Source of the DNA: Deltaproteobacteria bacterium
GTDB taxonomy: Bacteria; Myxococcota; JACRCW01
Direction of reading: 5' to 3'
Assembly: GCA_016218805.1 (NCBI GenBank)
Contig: JACRCW010000157.1
Coordinates: 62,001 to 108,205, forward strand
DNA: 46,205 nt
Positions 1 through 8,574 of this stretch are shown here, one piece after another. Both the position numbers and the translations under genes were made by a program. Each line of letters opens with the position of its first letter. Within the stretch, counting starts at the first letter, position 1. The notes under the pieces were generated by a model. That model did not search any database. It worked only from the letters and a program-made list of their open reading frames with translations, and was not told where the DNA came from.

Positions 1-1089
1 TCCATCATTCAGTCGGCGAGGAAGGCCAAGGGCCGCCCGGATCTGGTCGCTTCCCAGTTCAACGTGCGTCTTCTCCTTTGCCCTGTCGGCGAGTTCTGCG
101 GGCAACAGCAGTGTTGAGTCGACCAGCATCGCCCGCAACCCGCCGTCGGACGAGACTGACGGGTGAAGTCTGGACGCCCATTCGCGCAAGTACTCCCGAT
201 GGTCGCCGCGAATGCGCCAAGCATCCAATTCACCGTGTCGGTCTCCCTGTTCCCACTGGAACTGGACGTCGGCTGTCGGCTCAAAAGCGTGCAGCCGTCC
301 GGATTCTACTAGGTGGGCGACGCGGGCCTTCCCGAAGGCAAGGACGGCAAGGCCGAGGTGGCGGAACTGAATCCAGACCTTGTCAGCCAGTATAAGGGAG
401 GCGACGAGGATTCGCTGAACCTCTACATCACGTGCGTCCAGATCCCCTGTCTGCCAACCCGGTCCGACAAGATGCGTGCGCGGATTCCCACCGCCCTCGG
501 AGACCGTCGTGATGATGTCCCCAGGCAGCGTTGTGCCAATGGGGAATAGGTCGCTAACTACGAGGGAGGATTCCCCGCCCGTTGGCGTCGAAAGCTCTGC
601 GGCCAGCATCCGCTTTATCGCTTCACGCGCGATGGCGCCTTCGGGCGCAGCGTGTTCTTCCCGGAAGTGAACCGTGGCACCGCGTTGGTTCACCCAGTTC
701 GGATTCCGCTCCCCCAGCTCCCGGACCGCATCCCGAGCAGAGCGGAACCGACAACGGTTGTCGTGCTTGCTCCAAGTGCAAAGAATGACCGCGGGGCTCC
801 CGCTGCCAGTCCAGTTCTTGAGGTGGGCGACCTCAAATTCTTCCCGGTGAGTCGAAGCGAAGGACTCACGCGTCGACTTCAGTTGGAGCCAGAAGGACAG
901 TGGGCTGAGGTGGTGTGACGCGTCGTCGGCGCCTTCAACGACTTGGACGATAACGTCTCGACCAAAGTCGTGTCCTTGGCGAACGTAGTCGACAAGCCAA
1001 GGTGCAAGCAGGCTCTCCACCGCTCGCCGTGACTCATCCTCTTGGCGCAGGTTCCTTGGAATCAGAATGCGGTCATGGTCGCGCGGCAT
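1..1089 (-). CDS. DUF4365-like PD-(D/E)xK nuclease-domain protein, runs off the window edge (not in ORF track)
   Basis: Manual translation: ATG at 1089 preceded by GGAG, open to base 1 (363 codons, no stop). N-terminus [61 protein letters not shown] matches the DUF4365 pattern (D-[FY]-G-x-D ... F-x-x-Q-L-K-S-T). Start overlaps the hsdS 3' end. Confidence 0.72.
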   Translation of the reverse strand, partial: MPRDHDRILIPRNLRQEDESRRAVESLLAPWLVDYVRQGHDFGRDVIVQVVEGADDASHHLSPLSFWLQLKSTRESFASTHREEFEVAHLKNWTGSGSPAVILCTWSKHDNRCRFRSARDAVRELGERNPNWVNQRGATVHFREEHAAPEGAIAREAIKRMLAAELSTPTGGESSLVVSDLFPIGTTLPGDIITTVSEGGGNPRTHLVGPGWQTGDLDARDVEVQRILVASLILADKVWIQFRHLGLAVLAFGKARVAHLVESGRLHAFEPTADVQFQWEQGDRHGELDAWRIRGDHREYLREWASRLHPSVSSDGGLRAMLVDSTLLLPAELADRAKEKTHVELGSDQIRAALGLPRRLNDG

Positions 1090-2347
1090 TCTTGCTCCAT
1101 GCGTTGCCTTGCTCCGGTGGAGGCGGTGGACCGGACGCCGGAGGGGACGTCACGGCGCGCTCGTCCGCCGTGACGCGGACCTCGCCGGTGAGGAGGACGG
1201 ACATGAGGGCGGACTTGATGCGGAGCAGCCCCGCGAGAGTCTCGTGCTCCACAGCTTGCCGGTCAGCAATCGCCGCAACTACCGCTACCAGGTCTCGTTG
1301 TTCACACGCGTCGGGCGCTGGCACCAGGATCTTCTCAAGGTCCCTGAGGTTGATGACTTGTTGTACCGACCCGATTGTCTCTCGAAGCATCCCGCCAAGC
1401 CCTGACGGTGATTGGAGGAACAGGCAGACGAACTCAGCCGACACTCTGGTGCCCAGTTGAATCAGCCCCACCTGACGGGCAATGTTTGCGCCAGCCAGCC
1501 GTTGCGGGGCGACGAGGGTGGCCCCGGGCTGCCCGACCAGCGCTACGAGCAACTCCCCGCCCCTAAGAACGGTGCGCGAGTACTGGTCGGATACAGCGCG
1601 CGTGATTGTTCGAAGGGTCTCTTCCCTCAGATGGCCTGCCGCCACATCTCCTGACCGAACGAAGCGAACGCCGGCCGGGTCCTCAGGACCCGGTTGCACA
1701 ACTCCGTAAGTGACGCTGCTGCCGGCCGCAACCAGCGAACCCAGCCTCACCACCTCCCACTCCTCCGGCACCTCCCCGATCTCCGTCTGCTTGAACCGCG
1801 TGTGGCGCCCCGGCAGCCCCCGCGTCAGCAACTCGGCCATCATGGCCTTCTTCACGACGTGGAGTTGGTCGATGACCGCCTGGGTGGATTCGATGGCGTC
1901 ATCCACCGAGGAAAGGATGGCGGCGATCTTGCGCTGCTCGGCGAGGGGAGGGAGGAGGAGCGACAGCGGCCGCAGCGCGCTGATGGTTAGCATCGGCACG
2001 GCCTGTTTAGCGGTGATGTCGTCGAAGTTGGCACGCTCGAGCGCGTACTTCAGGAACTCGGAGACCGCGGCGTCAGTCGGAGCGACGGCGATTGTCGTTT
2101 GTGTCGATACGAACCTCTCGAAGGTGGGCAACCTCGGGAAGCCAATCGTTCCACGCGCACCCAGCACAATGGTCCCCCTGCCAAAGACCCGTCGGCTCTT
2201 GGATGTCCATCCCCAAGGTGCGGAATCGCGGCCCGCCGAAAACACCGGAATGCCGTCGCCGGTAAGGTCCTTGGCGATGATGGTCTCTCCCATCGCCAGA
2301 TCGGCGATCTCAGCGAGACCGGCTTGGCGCCAGCCGTTGGGTGTCAT
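1073..2347 (-). CDS. hsdS: Type I restriction-modification specificity subunit
   Basis: Two TRDs separated by the conserved helical spacer [54 protein letters not shown]-terminal [19 protein letters not shown] overlap with the upstream gene at 2344-2347. Confidence 0.95.
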   Translation of the reverse strand: MTPNGWRQAGLAEIADLAMGETIIAKDLTGDGIPVFSAGRDSAPWGWTSKSRRVFGRGTIVLGARGTIGFPRLPTFERFVSTQTTIAVAPTDAAVSEFLKYALERANFDDITAKQAVPMLTISALRPLSLLLPPLAEQRKIAAILSSVDDAIESTQAVIDQLHVVKKAMMAELLTRGLPGRHTRFKQTEIGEVPEEWEVVRLGSLVAAGSSVTYGVVQPGPEDPAGVRFVRSGDVAAGHLREETLRTITRAVSDQYSRTVLRGGELLVALVGQPGATLVAPQRLAGANIARQVGLIQLGTRVSAEFVCLFLQSPSGLGGMLRETIGSVQQVINLRDLEKILVPAPDACEQRDLVAVVAAIADRQAVEHETLAGLLRIKSALMSVLLTGEVRVTADERAVTSPPASGPPPPPEQGNAWSKNAARP

Positions 2348-3075
2348 GCTGGCGCTCCTTGGCCAACCGAGGACGGCATCTCATCCCAAGTGCGGCCCTC
2401 CAGGAGTCGCCCAGCGCGTTTCTTGTGGAACCCGCCCCACTGCTTAAAGAAGAACGCGACGTTCGCCGCGCTGCACTGGTCCTTGATTTCCAGCACCCAC
2501 TCCTCGCTCATTGGCCGCGCACCGGGGCCCGACTCCCCGCCGACGATGACCCAATCGATTCCCTTCAGGTTGAGCCGCCCCAGCGGCCCCAGCAGCGGCT
2601 CCAGCGAAAGGAACTTCACCGCCGCCTTGCTCCTTCTCAGCATGTCGATGCGGACCCGGAAGTCTGCGCGCTCGACGCTGACGCCCATCCAGATGTTCGG
2701 CGCCCACGCAAGGCGCGGTGACAGCTCAGCGAGACGTTCCGCGCGTTTGGTCAGCACCTGAAAACGGTGCCAATGGGCGCGCGTCATCACGTCGAACACG
2801 CGGCGGATGTACGTCAGCGGCACGTCCTTGTGGAACAGGTCGCTCATCGAGTTGACGAAGATGGTCTGCGGCTTCCGCCAATGCAGCGGCAACTCCAGCA
2901 TCTGCGGCTGCAGGGTCAGCTCGAAACCATTGACGTAGTTGGGCTGCCCCATGGCTTGGAGGCGGTGCGCCATCCGCTCGGCGTAGCAGTTCTTGCAGCC
3001 GGCGCTGATCTTGTCGCACCCGGTGACGGGGTTCCACGTCGCCTCCGTCCACTCGATGTCACTTCCCTGGGCCAT
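2344..3075 (-). CDS. DUF5131 / phage Gp37-Gp68 family radical-SAM-like protein (three-Cys motif)
   Basis: [26 protein letters not shown] (Cx6Cx2C), [46 protein letters not shown]. Confidence 0.93.
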   Translation of the reverse strand: MAQGSDIEWTEATWNPVTGCDKISAGCKNCYAERMAHRLQAMGQPNYVNGFELTLQPQMLELPLHWRKPQTIFVNSMSDLFHKDVPLTYIRRVFDVMTRAHWHRFQVLTKRAERLAELSPRLAWAPNIWMGVSVERADFRVRIDMLRRSKAAVKFLSLEPLLGPLGRLNLKGIDWVIVGGESGPGARPMSEEWVLEIKDQCSAANVAFFFKQWGGFHKKRAGRLLEGRTWDEMPSSVGQGAPA

Positions 3076-3995
3076 CAGTAGTGCTCCTTCAACAGGTGAC
3101 TGGCTATGCGCGTGGCGATTTCCTGGCCTTTCGCGCTGTCGCTGTTCACGGCGAAGACCAGCATGTAGAGCGGCGTACCTTTCGAGTTGCGCAGTATCGC
3201 CGGCCTCTCCACCGCGGCGAAGATGGTTCGGAGGCGGGTGAGGATGTACTCGCCGATTCTGTCCACCGACGCCCGTTCGATGCGCTCCACTGCGCCGAGG
3301 AGGTTGGTGGTCTCCGTGACCGTGTAGAGGTCATTCTCCCAGGCATCGGTGCCGAGGAAGCGTGTCAAGGTCCGGCGCCACGACTTTGGGACTTTCCCTG
3401 ACTTCGGCAGCGTGCGTCCCACGCCGATAGCGTGCGGCAGCAGGATCCACGTGTCCAGCGCGCGGGTCGCGGCCGCGGCCTCCAGCGTCGCCCAGTCCAC
3501 CTGCATCCCGTATGGGTCGAGGAACAGCACACCCCGTCGGCCCTTCCACTGGCCGTTGCGGCAGACCTGCTGGACCACTTCGTTCGCGTCGCCGGTCCGG
3601 ACGTCGATGCGGTCGGCCAGCGCAGCGAACTCGGTCTTGAGGCTTTCCAGTTCCGCTGCGCGCTTGGCGCTCCGCTCGATGAACAGGTACTTGCCAAACG
3701 GTGGTTGGGTGCGCAGCGCGCGCCGCACGGACCCCTCAAGGAACTGCCTGGGCTCCGGGGCCGCGAGCTCCGGGAAGTACAACTGGTCATCGGACTCGTC
3801 TGGTTCCGACGGCGGGTCGACGTATCCGGACCCGGCAAACGCGTCGATGTACATCGTGTCGAACGGCGTCTTCTTCAGCGCAGTGACATAGGCCTGGAGG
3901 TAGCTGGAGACTGTGTCCAGCTTCTGCTCCGTCCAGCTTCCGCCGAACATGTGTGATTGGCGGCCATCGTCACCTCGCATCTTCCTCGCTGCCAT
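3075..3995 (-). CDS. tcmP: Three-Cys-motif partner protein (Rossmann methyltransferase-like fold)
   Basis: [54 protein letters not shown] stop/start overlap with the DUF5131 gene, its usual partner. Confidence 0.9.
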   Translation of the reverse strand: MAARKMRGDDGRQSHMFGGSWTEQKLDTVSSYLQAYVTALKKTPFDTMYIDAFAGSGYVDPPSEPDESDDQLYFPELAAPEPRQFLEGSVRRALRTQPPFGKYLFIERSAKRAAELESLKTEFAALADRIDVRTGDANEVVQQVCRNGQWKGRRGVLFLDPYGMQVDWATLEAAAATRALDTWILLPHAIGVGRTLPKSGKVPKSWRRTLTRFLGTDAWENDLYTVTETTNLLGAVERIERASVDRIGEYILTRLRTIFAAVERPAILRNSKGTPLYMLVFAVNSDSAKGQEIATRIASHLLKEHY

Positions 3996-4032
3996 TCTCG
4001 CCCCCCTGTGAACGTAACTGGACGCCCTGCTG

Positions 4033-5875
4033 TCACGCCTCGTAGCCCAGCTCCTTCAGAAACCCGTTCATTCGCGCCGCCGCCTCATCGCGCTTCTTCT
4101 CCGCCTCCCTCAGCTTCGCGAGCGCGTGCCGCACGTCCACCTTCTCCGCGGCATCCGCGGTCTCCACGTAGCGGCTGATGTTCAGGTTCCACTCGTTCTT
4201 CTCGATTTCCTCCACCGGCACCACGCGCGCGTACTTCTCCACGTCGGCGAACGCGTGAAACGCCGCGGCAATCTTCTTCACGTCCTCCTCGCGGAGGTAG
4301 TTCTGCGCGCTGCCTTCGCGGAACTCGCGGGACGCCTCGATGAACAGCACCTTGCCCTTCCGCTCCGGCTTCTTCGCTCGGTTGAGCACCAGCACCGCGG
4401 CCGGGATGCCCGTGCCGTAGAAGAGGTTCGTGGGCAGCCCGATGACCGCCTCCACCAGATCCTCCTTGAGCATCCCCTGCCGAATCTCTCCCTCGCTGCT
4501 GCCGCGGAACAGCACGCCGTGCGGCATGACCACGCCCACCATGCCCTTGGTGTTCGTCGTGGCCACCATGTGCTGCACGAACGCGAGGTCGCCCTTGGTC
4601 TTCGGCGGAATCCCGAACCGGAAGCGGCCGAACGCATCGTGCTCGGCGGTCTCGCGCCCCCACTCGTCCAGCGAGAACGGCGGGTTGGCGATGACGCGGT
4701 CAAACAGCATCAGCGCGTCACCCTCGCGCAGCTTGGGGTCGCGGATGGTGTCGCCCTTGCGGATGTCCGCGATGCCCAGGCCGTGCAGCAGCGTGTTCAT
4801 CCGGCATATGGCCCACGTCCCCAAGTTCTTCTCCTGCCCGTACAGCGACAGGTTCTTCGGGTTCTTCCCCTGCCGCTGCAGGTGGTGCGCGCACTCAATG
4901 AGCATGCCGCCGGAGCCCACCGTGGGGTCGCAGATGCGCATGCCTTCGTTCGGCTGGAGCACCTCCACGATGAGCTTCACCACCATGCGCGGCGTGTAGA
5001 ACTCGCCGCCCTTCTTCCCGGCGTCGTCGGCGAACTTCTCGATGAGGTACTCGTACGCGCGGCCGAGCATGTCGGGTTCGGAGAGGCTCGCATTGCGCAG
5101 GTTCAGCGGCGCGAAGTGCTGCACCAGCCGCCCCAGCACCACGTCGCGGTGCTTGCCGTCGCCGAGCTTGCGCTCGTCGTTGAAGTCGATCCCCGCGAGC
5201 ACGCCCTCCAGCTTGGAGTTCTTCTCCTCCAGGGCGGCGCACGCCTTGTTCAGCGCCTCGCCGAGCCCGACCGCGACCTTCTGCAGCTCCGACCAGCGCG
5301 CACGCTTGGGGACGAAGAAGTCGTGTTTCGTCCGGGTCCTCCGGGTTGGGGTGGCCTTCCTTGGCCAGGGCTTCCATCTCCTCGTCAAAGCGGTCAGAAA
5401 GGCGCTTGAGGAACAGGAACCCGAAGATGAATCCCTTGTAATCGGACGAATCGATGGACCCGCGCAGGATATCTGCCGCGGACCAGAGGTACCGCTCCAG
5501 CCGGTCGGTGGTGAGCTTGCCGTCCACGGGGGGCGCGGCGGGTTCCTCTGCGCGCGGTGTGGCGCGGGCGGCGCGCGCCGGCGGGGCGGCGGCGGCGGGG
5601 GCGGCCGGTTCCGCGCGGGCCCCGGTGAGGCGGTCCACCATGAGGGACTTCTCGCGGCCGGAGTCGTCCAGGCCGAGGTCCCTGCAGAGGTCCTTGAGCC
5701 GGTCGCGGGGCAGGTCGGGGAGGACCTCGGCGAGGGTGGCCTTCTTGGATGCGCCCAGCGCGTCCACCAACTGGTCCTTCACGCGGCGGTCCGCGACGGA
5801 GACGTCAAACCGCTCCGCGATGGCGATGAGCTCGTCGCGGGTGAGGAGGGCGAGGACGTCGCGCTTGGCGGGCAT
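4033..5875 (-). pseudogene. hsdM: Type I RM N6-adenine methyltransferase with a single extra base (true frameshift or sequencing error)
   Basis: ORF 4895..5875 gives the HsdM N-terminus (LERYLWSAADILRGSIDSSDYKGFIFGFLFLKRLSD). ORF 4033..5388 gives GEFYTP, DPTVGSGGML and ANPPFS. Removing one T from TTT at 5326-5328 joins EDPDE to HDFFVPKRARW and gives 613 aa (span 1843 nt = 614 codons + 1). Confidence 0.9.
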
Positions 5876-6115
5876 GGTGGCTCCGGGCCGGCAGGGAACG
5901 GCCCCGCTTCATACGTCGCGGGGCGGGGCAGAGGGTACCCACGACGTGGCGACGGTTCGCGCAGCCCGCCGCGGCGGTGGCCCAACGGGCTCCCTGGGAG
6001 GGCGAGGCTTCCGCCGAGCCACGCCCCGCGGTGCCTGGTTCCTCGCTCGCGGGACACGGGCGCCGCTGGGGGGGCGCCGTCCCGCCCGCGTGACGGCACT
6101 CACGCGGTCGCCCCT

Positions 6116-6283
6116 TCCGGATACCCGGGGCGTGCCGTCCGGATACATCCGGAACGCCCGCCCACCCTATCCGGAACGGGTCCCACCCCTATCCGGAAGC
6201 ACTTCCCCCCCTATCCGGAACGGCCAAACCCTATCCGGAAGGGGTTCCCCCCCTATCCGGAAGCACCTTCCCCCCTATCCGGA
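6116..6283. repeat. Periodic array of TCCGGA-core motifs (consensus CCCTATCCGGAA), period 22 bp
   Basis: TCCGGA cores start at 6148, 6170, 6192, 6214, 6234, 6256 and 6278 (spacing 22,22,22,20,22,22). Two inverted TCCGGATA copies start at 6116 and 6138. Linkers of 8-10 nt differ between units. Confidence 0.9.
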
Positions 6284-6500
6284 CGCATACTCTTCGCGCC
6301 AATGTGACGGAGCGCACAAGGAACGCGGCGCGGACACCTGCGGACTGATTCCCATGGGGAGGTGGACGCGGCGGGGGCCGGCGCACGAGTAATGACACCG
6401 CGGGACCGGATGACGCGGCGTGTCGGGGCATCCGGGCCGGGCGAGCAGGTCTGGGCGCGCTGTTGGGGAACCGCGTGGACGTGAGTCCGAGGAGTACCGC

Positions 6501-7448
6501 ATGTTGATCGCGCGTCAGTTCGGCTTTCTCACTGATTTCACCACGGACATCTCGGCGGACGGCTTCGCGATTCGGGCATGCTGCGACACGGCCGAAGTAC
6601 GTGCGTACGTTGACGCCCGCTGTCACGCCGACGGTTGGCTCTACCCTCCGGCGACTCCGTCTTCCGGGGGCGCCGTCCAGGACGTGCCTGCAGCGCATTA
6701 CGCAAGAATCAGCAGTCCACCGCTCCGGATGAAACCAGCGCACCTGTGGCGCCCGCCGTGGCCGACCCATCTGCAGGAATGCGAAGAAGGCGCGGATGAC
6801 GCGGAGCGGCTGATGGCGAGCCTGGTGCTACACACGCTGGCGTTCGCCCTCGGCACCCGCCTCCAGTTCTCAGACTGGTGGTTTGACACGCGGGTGAGGA
6901 TGACGCGCGCGCCGCCGTTCTCCTGTCGGAGTGGGGAGTTGCAGCGGTTGCTGCAGACCGCCTTCTTGACTGGGCAGGCGCTTACTCCTGAGCGGCTGAG
7001 GGCGCTGGTGAACATTCTTTGCGTCTACGCGCGCTCCTCCACGTACGAGTGGCGGTGGGAGCAGTTCTCGGCGCTGTATATGTGCCTTGACGCATGCTGG
7101 CGCCTCTTCAACGACTTGGCGATCATCAAGCCTCCCAAGAACGGAAAGGCAGACATCCCCCACAACAAGCGCTTCGAGTTCCTGTGCAGCGAACTCGGGA
7201 TTCCGGACTCGCCCGCCGATCGAACCGCAATCATCGCTCTTCGGAATCCGCTCGCTCACGAGGCGCTTTGGTCCGGCCATACCCTGACCTCCGATGATGG
7301 AGAGGGTTCCCGCCGAGTCGGCCAGCTGCGCGAGTTCGTCGCCGTCCTCATCGTCCGCCTTCTGGGCGTGGATTGCGACTTCGCCAAGCAGGCCTGGTCG
7401 CTCGCCGGCCAAGGCCAGCCCTCCCTTGGCCTCAGTGCGGCGGGGTGA
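6501..7448 (+). CDS. HEPN-domain protein (ApeA-like), putative RNase
   Basis: GAGGAG upstream of ATG 6501. C-terminal helical region WEQFSALYMCLDACW...IIALRNPLAHEALW contains the HEPN R-x4-H motif (RNPLAH). Confidence 0.62.
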   Translation: MLIARQFGFLTDFTTDISADGFAIRACCDTAEVRAYVDARCHADGWLYPPATPSSGGAVQDVPAAHYARISSPPLRMKPAHLWRPPWPTHLQECEEGADDAERLMASLVLHTLAFALGTRLQFSDWWFDTRVRMTRAPPFSCRSGELQRLLQTAFLTGQALTPERLRALVNILCVYARSSTYEWRWEQFSALYMCLDACWRLFNDLAIIKPPKNGKADIPHNKRFEFLCSELGIPDSPADRTAIIALRNPLAHEALWSGHTLTSDDGEGSRRVGQLREFVAVLIVRLLGVDCDFAKQAWSLAGQGQPSLGLSAAG

Positions 7449-7482
7449 CCGGGGGCGCCGAGGAGGGCCGGGTGTCGGGCGC

Positions 7483-7505
7483 GAGGTGTCGACGCCTCCT
7501 CTTTG
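7483..7505 (+). terminator. Possible weak intrinsic terminator after the HEPN gene
   Basis: GAGGTGT-CG-ACGCCTC hairpin followed by CTCTTT, between convergent genes. Confidence 0.25.
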
Positions 7506-7708
7506 CGCGCGGACGGCGGACAGGCAAGTGCTGCATGGCCAGGCATCCCGGCTGATGCGTCAGCGGAGTGTCTTGGGGGAGGGATTGGGCTGGATATGCG
7601 CGTGTGGTGGGTCCACCGCCGGGGTTCAGCATCGGCGAGGTCGCAGGGCGTGGCCCCGTGTGCACACGTGGTTGAGGAGGACCCTGACCACCGGACCCCT
7701 GTGGCGCT

Positions 7709-8485
7709 TCACGCCGGCACGGACACGTCCGTCACCACCGCCACCGACTTCCGCTTCCCGTTCTTCCGCCGCACGTACCCGGAGGTGAACGCGTTGCGCC
7801 GCGTGTTGTTGCGGTCGTTGCGGAACGCGTACGCGGCGAACATCCGCAGATCCCCCAGCGGCCCGAGGACCAGCGTGTAGACGCGGTCACGGATGTCCTT
7901 GCTGCCGGTGAGCGTGCGGACGGCGTCCTCCTTGGCCAGCGCGTCCTGCAGCGCCTTGGCGTCGCCGCTGAGCTGCGCGGCCATGGCGTCCACGTTGAAG
8001 TTGATGGCCTCAAACAGCGGGCGGGCATCGGTGAGCAGCACGGCGCAGTCCACGCCGTCCTGGATCAGGTCGGGGAGGCCGTCGCCCTCGCGGATGCGCG
8101 AGAGCCGGGCCAGCGCCTCGGTGCTGTGGCGGCAGGCGAGGTCGCCGGCGATCAGCGTCTCGTGGCGGTTCCGCTCGAGGCGCTCAATGAGGACCACGGT
8201 GCCCGGCGCGCGGCCCTTGCGCTGCTCCGCGTTCCACAGCGCCTGCGCGGAGCGCAGCACGCCCAACCGCGCGGCCAGTGCTGCCGGGAGGTCGGGCGGC
8301 ATGCCCACCGCCTTGAGCGCGTCGGCATACTGCTCGGAGGCGGCCTGGGCGGTGAAGCCCTCGTCAAGGAAGTGGTCGATGGGGATGTCGGGCGACTTCA
8401 CGGCGTCCACGGGGAGGGCGTCCAGCAGGGACTGCAGGGTCTTCACGACGTCCTTGTGCTGCTGGAGGGTAGTGGGCTCGGACAT
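7709..8485 (-). CDS. Hypothetical, probably all-alpha-helical protein with basic C-terminal tail
   Basis: 258-aa ORF, AAGGAG ribosome-binding site, GC-rich third codon positions, amphipathic Ala/Leu-rich pattern, tail GYVRRKNGKRK. Confidence 0.75.
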   Translation of the reverse strand: MSEPTTLQQHKDVVKTLQSLLDALPVDAVKSPDIPIDHFLDEGFTAQAASEQYADALKAVGMPPDLPAALAARLGVLRSAQALWNAEQRKGRAPGTVVLIERLERNRHETLIAGDLACRHSTEALARLSRIREGDGLPDLIQDGVDCAVLLTDARPLFEAINFNVDAMAAQLSGDAKALQDALAKEDAVRTLTGSKDIRDRVYTLVLGPLGDLRMFAAYAFRNDRNNTRRNAFTSGYVRRKNGKRKSVAVVTDVSVPA

Positions 8486-8574
8486 GGTGTTGCTCCTTGT
8501 GATGCCGCGGGCGGGAGTTGCCGGCGGCGGTTGGCCGCGGGGACATCCCGCGGACGGTGGTGAAATCGAGTGCT

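Noticed and set aside
9..918. Short ORFs listed in the first kilobase
   Set aside because: They are better explained by the single minus-strand frame open from 1089 to the window edge.
2344..3075. Prophage, suggested by the 'phage Gp37/Gp68' family name
   Set aside because: There are no structural, terminase or integrase genes, and the family is common in non-phage contexts alongside TcmP.
6116..6283. 22-bp array as CRISPR or a plasmid origin
   Set aside because: The repeat (12 bp) and linkers (8-10 bp) are far too short for CRISPR, and there is no rep gene or AT-rich unwinding region nearby.
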